DNA of 64,000 bases, from contig OZ037772.1 in NCBI GenBank assembly GCA_964035545.1, positions 7,362,889 through 7,426,888 on the forward strand, written 5' to 3'. Origin of the DNA: Bugula neritina. Lineage: Eukaryota; Animalia; Bryozoa. The notes under the pieces were generated by a model. That model ran no database searches. It worked only from the letters and a program-made list of their open reading frames with translations, and had not been told where the DNA came from. Position 1 is the first letter of the stretch. Each line of letters begins with the position of its first letter. A program made the position numbers and the translations under genes. This document shows positions 38,801 through 50,800 of the stretch, piece by piece.

Positions 38801-41800
38801 TTTTTAGTTCTTTACTGATTTGATGAGAAAAATAGTTGGAATAATTACAGAACATATAAAAAGTAATAAGAATATTCAAGTACAGAGATACAGATGCTTA
38901 GATAAATGCAAAGCTAGAGTAAAATTTTATTATTTATGAATAATTAACCGGTGTTTATGTAACTTGAATTTACCATCTCATCTACAGCCTATAGTATTTT
39001 AATTGCTATGATATTATATGTTAAATATACTATTATCAATGGTATAAATATTATACTTTCAGATAAATCTTAAAATGCCATTTTTCAGGGCAAGCATAGA
39101 GAAAACAGGAGGTGAACCCGAAAAAGAATCTAGAAAAGTAGTTGTTGATGAGGTTAGTAGGAAAGTGACAGCATTCTTACAAAATCTGTGTTTGTATTTT
39201 CTAGAATTCATTCAACCCTGGATGAATTTTAGAAATTACAAAATTAACATTAAAACTGATACACGATATTGCAGATGGAGATGTACAACAGAGAGGACTA
39301 GTAGAGATGAAAAGGTTCCCCAAGCTTCTAGCAGGTTCTAGAACAAAATATTTATTTAAATAAGTTTCCTTATAGATATACCTATTGACTACTGAGAGAC
39401 TGCTTACACCCCCCCCCCAAACCCCCACACACAAACAGTAAATACGTGGATAAATAATATAAACTATATTACTCTCTTTCTCTTTGATGTATGCATCCTA
39501 CCAGCTCATCATATATTGCAAGAAGTCTTCTTGCAGAAACATTATGTTTGGAATCCAAAACTCAAAGTAGAACAATTAATGTCAACTATCTATGATATCT
39601 TCATATTACTATATGCTTTCCTGTGCAAACTTTATATTCGTGACCTCTTCTATATTTACAGTCAATAAAATTAACTGTTGTTAAAAGATGCAAAATTATG
39701 TTAAATTACCACCAAGAGTTGTGCGCACACACAGCAACAGCCATACGTTATGATACAACTAAATTAAATAAAATAAAATTATCAATATGATATGGTGCAT
39801 AAAAAATATAATTTATTACACTACGTCACAACAGAAAATATGATCCAAAATAATGTATAGCATAAAATGAGAACTTATTAGCATATACATATATGATACA
39901 TTAAAGTAAAACATATGGCTACAATACATTAAGTATTATATTGAATATTACAATAAAGTAACCAATAATTTGTAAGCTTCAAAGCTCAGTCACTTTTAAG
40001 TCAGTTGAAATGTGCTGCAAAAATGAAGGAGGCAGCAAATAATTTATTTATGGCAGCTATTCGCTGCCTACATAAAGTCTTCTTTAGTAAACAAATTCTA
40101 TCACATATCACCATCTACCTATTGTGACACCAGCCTTGTACATGTATGCTGAGTTACACAGCAATTAGCCTTCAAATCCTACATTATGGAAGTGGAGGAG
40201 CAGGCACGCCCCCTCCCAGATTAGTTTACGTACAAGAAAATGTCTTTCTTGAAATATAATCCAAATTTCTAAGAGTTAAAGAGCAGTAGAGCTGCCATAG
40301 CCTCACAGCAACTAACAACTGTTACATGATGTTACAAAAATTTAGAAATCAGCTCATTCTAATCAGCATTTAAATAAAGCTCATCCTTGTGAGAAACCCT
40401 GATGGAAAAGACTTGTTAAAGCGGGCTAAGGACTTATTAAGATGAGGCACAGGAGAAATTATGACTGGATGCTCTTCGTAACATCACCAATGGCCTTTGT
40501 CGCGGCTCGAACCCATGACTTCGTGCTTACTAACCCCTAGACCAGGGCTAGACCAAGTTTGTTATTAATGCAAAAATGGTATATAAACTCTTTGTGACAT
40601 TTTGAGCAAACTGTTACACAACTAATTAATAAAAAAAATTCCATAGCAAACCTTTCTATGAAAATGTATCATAAATAATATATGATCTCTGAATTTGACA
40701 GTTTAACGGCTCAAAGCTACCAGCATATAGAGCACTTGCATATGAATGTCAGTAAAAGAAGCAAAAATAGGAGACGTGATAAAAATAGAAAGACAGCAAG
40801 AATTGTTGAAGATGCCATAAAATTTACAAGCTTGCATAAATTTCATGATTAAAGCTTTTCTATTTAAATGTACATCTCCACCAAAGTCATTACATTGTAG
40901 ATATTGAAAAATATTGTATAAAACATAGATGTCTATTGATAAAACCAAAGCAAATTGAAAGATTATCAAGTATTCTATATGCTTTCAAGTGCATACTTGA
41001 GTGCATGTCATTGTTTGATTATGCAGTCACAAGTCTGTAGGGTTTAAGTTACAATTACCCACTTGTACAGCTTGTTTGTTGCTTCGCTATTTGTTTGTAA
41101 CAACAGGATATTGAAACAGGAAGTAGAAATTGTTCATATTGTCCATATTGTTTTATTATCATGTATGATTTATGCTGCCTATATAAATGGTTCAGTTTTA
41201 TATAACAAAACAGTTACGGTATAACAGTACAAAATTGTAACCAAACCACGTTATACATCGCATATAACAGAAATACTTCACAAGATAAAAGGGACTTCTT
41301 ACAAACAAGTTCCAAGACTTAAAAGGCAAATATTTTAACTGATCACATATTTTGAAGAACTGGTGAGGTATCTACAGTAGATGTTAGAGTGATGACTTTC
41401 ACACTGCTTTTTGTTGGAGCCCTAATGATGAGCTGCTGGGCACGACCAGAGGAGATGGAAACTTCTAGGTAAAATTTATTTCTATTTTAGATTTAACTAT
41501 TGTTACTTTTTCGCATTCAATTTTCAATTCACTATATCAATGAAACAGCTAAAAAATTTCCAACTTTCTTGAGCAAGTCAAAATACTATCAAAACTTAAT
41601 CTTTTGAGCAAGTAAAGACGTTAGCTTCAGCTAGTCACACACTGGGACGTATTTTCACTTTGAATATTTGCAAGTAGTTATCAATTGTATTCAAGAAATT
41701 GACAACTTTCTTGCTATTAGAGCAGGAAAGAGGAGAAAAGCTTCATTAGATTATATTTGAGACAGTTTTATGTATCAACCTTTGGTGTGTTTTACTAGAT

Positions 41801-44800
41801 ATGACGCGAGAAGGAGAAGTGAAATGCAGCCAGTCTCAAAGCGTGCTTTCGGTGAGTTACAATAAAGTTCCAACAAATACAAAGTTTTCTTTTAAAAGAT
41901 AGCAGAAGACAAAGTTTTATCTTGACTCCAACAGCTGCTGTAAACAAGGTTTTTTATTCAGTGAAGCCCTTAAGATTTATTAATACTATTGTGAAGTTTA
42001 TTGTATTCATTTAAGGTCATTTAAACTTGGGGCCTGAACCAGAATGGATGAAGCTTCTATCAGATGGTACGACTCGCAGACCTCCCACCAGAGAGAAGAG
42101 ATCCAGTGGGGTAAGACTGCCATATTTTAACATTCTAAACCTTTGCCTACAGAGGCTTTGATGTACTAAGTTCAATCGTGAAGAGGTGCACGTAAATGCA
42201 ATTATAATTCAGACAGCAAAACAGAAATGTAAAAGAAAACCGCTGCTAAAATCTTTAATAAAATCTGACTCCGTAAGTAAATAGTTGATTTTTCTTGCAG
42301 AGAGTTGCAGAGGCTAGTAAACCCCAAACAGCCTTTGAAGAGTGGTTCAGTGACATCCAAGAAGACAAAATAGGAAAGGAAATATTGGAGATAAGCAATG
42401 AGATCTATAACAAGCTCTTGTTAGAACTCATGGGAGAGATGGTGAAAGAGAGAGAAGAGGATGAGAAGGCTGTATTTGGATCTCTAGATCAGTCGAGAAG
42501 TGATGAAAGCAATGATGAAGATGTCAGCGAAGAGAAGAGGGTGTTTGGGTCACTCAAAGAGATAAGAAAGAGCGATGGAGATGATGAAGAGAAAAGGTTG
42601 TTTGGGTTACTTAGAGAAACATGAAAACTCTCTTGAGCAAGTCAAAATACTATGAAAATTGAATCTTTTGAGCAAGTAAAGAACTTAGGTTCAGCAGATT
42701 AATGGCTAGTCACACAAATGTATTTCCACTTTGTGTATTTGCAAGTAGTTATCATTTGCATTCAAGAAAATTGACGATTTTCTTGTTATTAGAGCAGGAA
42801 AGAGAGGAAAAGCTTCATTAGATTATATTTGAGACAGTTTTATGTATCAACCTTTGGTGTGTTTTACTAGATATGACGCGAGAAGGAGAAGTGAAATGCA
42901 GCCAATCTCAAAGCGCGCTTTCGGTGAGTTACAGTAAAATTCCAACAAATACAAAGTTTTCTTTTAAAAGATAGCAGAAGACAAAGTTTTATCTTGACTG
43001 TAAACAAGGTTTTTTAATCAGTGAAGCCCTTAAGAGTGATTAATACTATTGTGAAGTTTATTGTATGTATTTCAGGTCATTTAAACTTGGGACCTGAACC
43101 AGAATGGATGAAGCTTCTATCATATGGTACGACTCGCAGACCTCCCACCAGAGGGAAGAGATCCAGTGGGGTAAGACTGCCATATTTTAACATTCTAGAC
43201 CTTTGCCTACAGAGGCGTTGATGTACTAAGTTCAATCGTAAAGAGGTGCACGTAAATAAAATTTTAATTCAGAAAGCAAAACAGATATGTAAAAGAAAAC
43301 CCGCTGTTAAAATCTTAAATAGAATCTGACTCGGTAAGTAAATGGTTGATTTTTCTTGCAGAGAGTTGCAGTGGCAAATAGTCTCTAAAAAGCGGTTTAG
43401 TGAATCCAAGAAGACAAAATAGAAAAGGAAACATATCTATGATATCGTCATAGTACTATATGCTTTCATGTGCAAACGTTATTCATGATTTCTTCTAAAT
43501 TTACGGTCAATAAAATTATCTGTTGTCAAAAGATGTAAAACTTTGTTCCATTACAACTAGGAGTTGTGCGCACACACAGGAACAGGTACACTTAATAATA
43601 CAACTAAATTAAATAGAATACAATTATCTATATGATATGGAGTGGGAAAATATAATTTTTTACAATACAACATGACAGCAAACATGACATAAAATAAAGT
43701 TCAGCAAAATATAACTTATTAGCATATACACATATATGATCATACATTAAAGTAAAACATACCGCTGCAATACATTAAGTATTACATTGAATATTACAAT
43801 AAAGTAACCCATAATTTGCAAGCTTCAAAGCTCAGTCACTTTTAAGTCAGTTGAAATAAATTGCGAAACATGAAAAAGGCAGCATATAATTTATTTATGG
43901 CAGGTATTTGCTGCCGCCACAATGTCTCCTCTAGTAAACAAACAAACTATCACATATCACCATCTACCTATTATCATACCAGCTATGACGTACTGATATA
44001 CACTTGTGTACTGAGTTATACAGCAATTAGCCTTCATATCTTACACTAATAGAAGGGATGTGCATGTACGCCTCCTACCTGATTATTTTATAGACAGAAT
44101 CTGTCTTCCTAGAATTATAATCTAAATTTCTAAGAGTTAAAATATATTTAGAATATAAATTACCGAGGGCACGCGCACCAATGAGAGATAATAATGCAAT
44201 ACATGACATCAATACATAACGTTACGGTATGTCAACAGATTGTAGGCTGCAGCGCAGAACAGTAAAGTTGCAATAGAAGAGCTTCACTTGTAATGGAAAC
44301 TTATCTAAGCTTTATTGATAGCAGATTTAAAAGGCAGACAACTCTGTAAGAAAGAGTTCTTAAATAATCAAATATTCCTTTGAATGAGTAAATAATGAAA
44401 GTCAAATGCAGGAATTTGTGTAATGAAATCATCTCACACTCAGAACTTAGTGCGACTACTATAGCCTTCATTTCCTTTAAAACTTGGAAAAATAAACAAA
44501 GTTGCATCGTTGACGAAAAATAAAAACTCGAAAATTCGGAATACAATACATAAACTATGAATTATGAAATAGTCCAAGAACACCTAATCTTACACAGCAA
44601 TAGCATATGATTCATTTGTGAGCAATATGCAAAGAGTAGACAATTTCAAACTAGCAACGAATGCCTTATAATATGCTGTAATAAAACTTTTAAAAAGACA
44701 ATATAATATTATATTAAATGAGTCTAAGAATCTAAAGTGAGTGATATTGACGAAAAGAGAAGACAACTGCGTAAAAAATTGCTGGCATGTTTTATTAGAC

Positions 44801-47800
44801 TTGTTATAAACCAAATAATAATAGAACAGGCACAACTTGGAAAGTCTTTTGTGATAAAACAGTGCTACCAAGTCATACTTCCTTTCAAAAAATATTTCAA
44901 TAATCTGTTAGACTGAGCAGCTACAAAGCTAATGTTGAAGTTTCGAAATCGATTAATAACACTTTAGTCTTCATGAAAATATTGAAATAAAGATTTATAT
45001 TGTGTGAGTGTGTAGGGGGTTGAGAAGGTAGGGGTGTATAGGATAGGGGTGGAGAGTGTAAGGGGTAGGAAAGGTAGGGGCGGAGATAATAGGGGTGGAG
45101 AGTGTAAGGAGCTGTAGAAGATGAGTTAGCAAATGACCTACAAACAAGCTTCAACCAATGACATTCACTCACCGATCATAGACGGGGTAGTTCTCGTTAG
45201 ACACACTGAAGAACATCGTCTCTCCATACTTCAGACACACAGTCGGGTTTCTGATGCCGTTCAGATTGTTTGCACTTGTGGCCAATAGCTGTCTCTGTTG
45301 TATGTTGTTCAAGTTGTAATCTACAATTTGATTGGCTAATTTACAGAAAATGAAACATTTTGATATGATAGAAATATTATTGTGATGTAATGAAAATATA
45401 AAAATAAGAAATAGTTTTTACTCACCAAAACCAGCACCTAAAAAAATAAAAGAAGTTTATTAAACACAATTTATAAAAATAATTGAAAATAAAGATATGT
45501 GCAGCAAATAAGAAAAGTATTAGCAATCATTGTATGTAAAGTTGAAAATTTTGTAAAATTTAATACTCACTAGTTATATTCCCGGTGTAGTTTCCTTTAG
45601 TGTTGGAGGTAAGCAGGTTGATGACAATGGACGGGTCGGGTTGGTAGACACCCACAAAGCCCGAGGAGTCCATGTCTATGAGGTGAGCGGGCTCGGTGTA
45701 TTCCCCGACACACTGATCTTCTGTGATGGTGTTGCGGGAGTTGATGACCTTACGAAGGTTATTAGCCGGGATTTGTACCTGCAGAACATACGGTACGGAT
45801 CACAGGCATTGCTTGCAAGGACCATGAAACTTGAAACTTGTAGATTATAAGAGATTAAATGATACGTCTACAAGAAGGTCAATTTACTTTATCCGTAAAC
45901 TAGGACCAAACCTGCTTAAAAAAATCACAAAACCTTTCAATTTAGGATATTTTCATAAGCTGATTTGGAATATGTATAAAAAACTGACTAAATTCCCGCA
46001 ACACTAATGAAGCCTTTAAATGCAGGCATACAGAATGGACTTTTACAATAACATGGTTCACTATAATAATTGAGAACCGAGTAATGATTATAAATAAACA
46101 TGTAAAAATCTGTGTTTCTTGACTAATGACGTAAGAAAAACCTTGAACACTGTAAAACAATTTGGAAAACATTTAATTATTTTAACTTATTTGCTAAAAT
46201 TTCATTAGTTCAAGGCAGAAAACACATGTAGGTTAGCACCTATAGTTATATAAAATAAGCAAATTAATCTAAAGGCTCACCTGAACTTGGCCCTTTTGAT
46301 TTCTAACTTCAATGAAAGGTTCGAGTGGAGAGGCCGGGCAGATGAAGGAAATACTGTATCTCTGTGCAAGACGACATTCAAGGTCACACACTTCTTCAAG
46401 GTCGTCTACTTTACATTTACATAAACCCAGTATGGTGTCTACTCCAATGTATGACTCACACACCTAAAGTGCAGCAGACGTTTACCAAAAGTATGAGTCA
46501 TCAAGATGCAATGCTTTAGTCAACACACCAGCTAATAAAACTAGTATGTGTTGTAAGTTGTAAAACTAATCAGACTGAAATAACAACTAGTAAAAGAAGT
46601 ATAACTAATAACAATAATCTAACTAGTACACATTAAAACTAGTAAATTATGTAATTTTACTAAAATTAATTTAACTAACACATGTAGTAAAACTAGAAGA
46701 AGTATAAATAGGGAAACTGAAATAACTCTTATAATATGAAATGTTAAAAAGAAAATATTATAATAAGAATGTAAAGCAAAAACATCAAAAACTTATAAAT
46801 AGAACAGAAGAACTGTAAAAGTTAACTGTTTTTTTTATTAATAAACTTAGAAAGGAGAATCTAAAGAGCAAAGGCAAAAATATCAAATGGAGAAGAAAAA
46901 AGTGATAATTTATGCTAGCAGTACCTCTTCAGAACAATAACTCTTCCATTGATCAAGGTCGAGACATTGGCCATCTTGGTTTCTTGTTTGACCTTCAGTA
47001 CAAAGGTCATATACTCTCTTTACGCAATCGGTTTCTCTCTCTTCTAAGAGAGTAAATCCTGCTGCACATGGGCATTGTCTGTCCGATGGCTGAAACGTCA
47101 TAGGGAAACGATACAGAAACATGATGACTCATCATAGCGAATAGGACTTGTAAGTATATTAGGTGAACATTTCACGAGTCAAATATAAGCTTCATTCAGT
47201 TAGTATGTATTTAAAAACATGATCAACAAAACCATTTTTAGAAAGAACTACGAACCTGGAAGTCACGCCCACTTCCTGTGCATTCACATGTGTCACTTCC
47301 TTCCACTGGTTGGCTAGCTTCTCCGCCGCAGCTGAAGCAGCCCGTTTGACCAGTGAGGTGGTTGAAATGGTCTACCGGGCAGTCCAGGCAGTCCGAGACG
47401 CTCCCCTTACTCTGAAGAGCATTGTATGTTCCTTTAGGGCACGCTAAGGGAGCCCCCGATGTTTGCGGGCAATAGTAGCCGGGTGGGCATGGGTAAGATC
47501 TGCCAAGAGAAGCATAAATATAATTTTATTACAAATGACAAATATTATAAAATTAAAAAAATTACCAATGTATTTTGAAACGAGTAAAACAAATTTCTTC
47601 TTTTATTATTATAAGAAAGAAGAAAACTTATGAAATAATTCTGAAAAGAAAGTTAATCATTTTTAAATTTAGCTTTAATGTAAAAACTAGCTTCAAAGTT
47701 TGATTTTCAATTTTTAATCTGAATGCAATAAATAAACTGTTAAGATGAGGAACTGACAAATGTAGAAAATATTAAATATAAGAAACACAAAAGTAACCTG

Positions 47801-50800
47801 GTAGAATCGAAGCCATGAGTAGCTGAGTCATTGCCAAGAGGTGCGTCAGTGACAGATCCCTCCATGCAGACGACACCAGCTCTACATGAGTCACAGTCAC
47901 TCCTGTCATCTCTGGCACCATAGTATCCAGGGGGACACGTTTCGCAGGTGCTTTCAAAGTCCACACGACTCGAGTTACCGTTATTCTTCTCTCTGTAGCC
48001 CAGAGGGCAAATGGTAGGCTGCATAGCACCTAAATAGCAGTAGGTGATTCATAGGAATTTCATAATATTGAATGTAATCTCAGTATACATGATTATAATG
48101 TACGCAAAAAAGGAGGTGAAATGATAAAGACAGACCTTAAAAAATATAGCATTAAATAATTATGATTGTTCCAGCCCAGTGAATATAAAACACAACTGAA
48201 GCCCACATTTTTTACAAATAATAGCGGATGGCAACAAACATAACGTTTAAAAGCAATAGTGTGTCATATCTTAGCCAATCAAACACGAGCATGTAGCCAT
48301 CGGTAATGCTTAGCTAATCAAACAAGAGCGTTATGTGCCAAAAATAATGTTTAACATCACTACAATGATGTCCACCACAAGAGTGCACATCATTGTAGTG
48401 GTTGGTTGGTTAGGAGGACAACTTAGATAGATATCAATGAACATGTGCAGCAGACAGTGCTGGAACAATTTGTGTGTAAAATATATGTGCAGGTGGGGAC
48501 GGGGGTGGGCCCACCCGGTATTAGATAGTCAGATTGACTTAGATCTGAGCGGACAACTCACCATCTCTTTCAAATCCTAAAATTCATATAGTCCATGAAA
48601 TCACAGAGGAAATTTGAAAACATGGAAAATTGTCGTTGAATTCACATGCTGCCTGGTATGGTAGCGGTACAAAGAATTCTAGATTATTCTAGCATTTCAA
48701 ATAGCAAACATGTCAGAATAAAACTAGATAACTTAAAGCAGTATCTGAATAAAACGGGCTGGCGGTGGTAAACAAAGTAGACTTGATGTTGTGGTGGTAC
48801 AAGTTAGATAAACATGATATTGTAGCATTACAAGCTAAATATTATATCTAGTATTGTGGCAGTAACAACTAAGTAGAGTTGGTACTGTGGCATTACAAGC
48901 TAAATATATTGCAACGTTACACGTCAGATATACCTAATATTACATGTTAGTTATATATGATATTGTAGCATCACAAACTACACATACCTGGTATTGTGGC
49001 GTTACACGGTGGTGCCTCACAGTAGTGACCTGGTGGACAGGGTATGGGAGAAGCACTTCTCATTGGACAGTAAGTTCCGGCGTTGCAAGGTAACTGGTAC
49101 TCGGCGTTCGTACAGTAATAGCCTGAGCTACAGTTTAGTTGAAGACTGCTGCCTGCGGGACAGTACGAGCCGTCGTCGCACTTGGTAGCTGAGATACTCG
49201 GGCTATCGGTCTCATTGAGGCTGGGACAGTAGAAGCCTGCAGGGCAGAGGAAACAATCGTCTACGGAACCTCCAGTCGTTGTGTCCCTGTAAAATGATCA
49301 GATAGTCAGTCAATCTACAACAGTAGCTTGACGTCTGCAAGAGCAAGACATCTGCAACAGTAGCTTGACGTCTGCAAGAGCATCTCAAGACGTCTGCATG
49401 CACAAAGCTATAAGGAAATAACATTCCAATATGGAGCCTGTACTTAAAACAAGGTATAGGGAAGGTATGAGGTGTAAACTCTAGCTCAATACTCAAATAC
49501 TGAAAACAACACGAAAGCTGAAACAACTAGAAACTTCCTGAGAAGATATGAAAAAATATAATGCAGCTACAGTGTTTATACTTAAAACAAAATATGAGAA
49601 GATAATGCTCCACTACATAGTTGATAGTTTGAAAAAGATAAAAACTTAAATAACTATGAGTTTCACTGGGAAGTATATAAATGAACATTTGAATGAAACA
49701 AATGAATAGAAATCAAGGTTTCAAGATGGAGGAGAGATAAAGCAGACGACATGCCTGTATGTTCCGCTGGGACAAGGCAAAGGTTCGTTACACGCCAGTT
49801 CACAGTAGAATCCCGCAGGACACGGGAATCTCGTGTAGTTGGAGATAGCGACATCATCGCAGAAGTACCCCGCCGGGCAATCCCTACACCACGTGTCATT
49901 GGTCGCTTCCGAGAGGTCATTGTAGGTGTACAGAGGGCATTCAGTCTCATTGCGATTGTATGGACAGAAGTAACCTGCAAGGGTAAAGTGACATACACAT
50001 TTCAGCCAATAGGCAATCGACAACACATCATGTATGACTAATCCTCACTGCCAAAAACAATGAAGTCTTATATTGTGAACAGATGATTTTTATAGTGAAA
50101 CACAAGAGAGATAGAGAAGCATCAAATTCCGTTGGAAAAATATAGACTGCTACACTCCAAATATAAAAAGTTGTCAACTGAAAAATAACACAACAGTGTC
50201 TAATGACTGATAACTATAATTCTGCCATAGGACCAGTAGACTGAGTTGTACCTGGGTTACACGGCTCTGAGTCTGTAGAAAGAGGGGGACAAATCCTTCC
50301 CGCAGGGCAGGGTCCACAGTCTAACTCAGATGTGGCGCCCGCTTTACTGATCACCTGCAAGTTATACGTTACATAGTGATACCTACATGTATAACCACAC
50401 AGATGAAGGATAAACGGCTCCTAAGGTATCACAACATCTTTACCTCAATTCTCAAAAATTATTACAGAGTGCAAATGTTTCTTGTATGAAACACTATAAT
50501 CTGAGGTAACTTTCTATGGACTGCAGAAATACATTTAGTTTTTAATCAACTAAATAAAAAAATACATTTTTTATCATGAATTGTCTAAATAAAAATACAT
50601 CAAACTGAAATTCAGAAGATTGTGTAAGACTTACGGTGCCGGGAGCGCAGGACTGGGGTATGATGGTACCGGCTTCACAGAAACGTCCATACGGGCACAG
50701 AGTTCCTACTGTCTCATTCACATCTGGCTGGGTGGGGGTGGGCGTCCAACTCCCCGATATGCACACAAATCCGGCGTTACAGTCAGTTTGAATCTCACCA

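Larger units (their letters stand above)
35700..44142 (+). repeat. Head-to-tail segmental duplication (unit 1 about 35700-40300, unit 2 about 40300-44140) carrying the nested gene
   Basis: 35902-36390 aligns with 40606-41330 (with an insertion of about 260 bp in unit 2); 39587-40280 aligns with 43435-44142; internal duplication 41565-42380 vs 42628-43430. Boundaries are approximate. Confidence 0.8.

Noticed and set aside
41381-41392. Upstream ATG of copy 2 as start (would make it a pseudogene)
   Set aside because: It opens only a 3-codon uORF (MLE*); the ATG at 41392 aligns with copy-1 ATG 36650 and gives an intact signal peptide.
44160-44900. Possible transposon remnant or short minus-strand ORFs after the duplication
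   Set aside because: No terminal repeats, second copy or coding motif recognisable within the window.
35508-45172. Intergenic region separating two minus-strand genes
   Set aside because: Flanking exons have GT/AG ends in matching phase 2 and form a continuous motif (YPVYDR-NNLYNTN); no stop or start at the ends.
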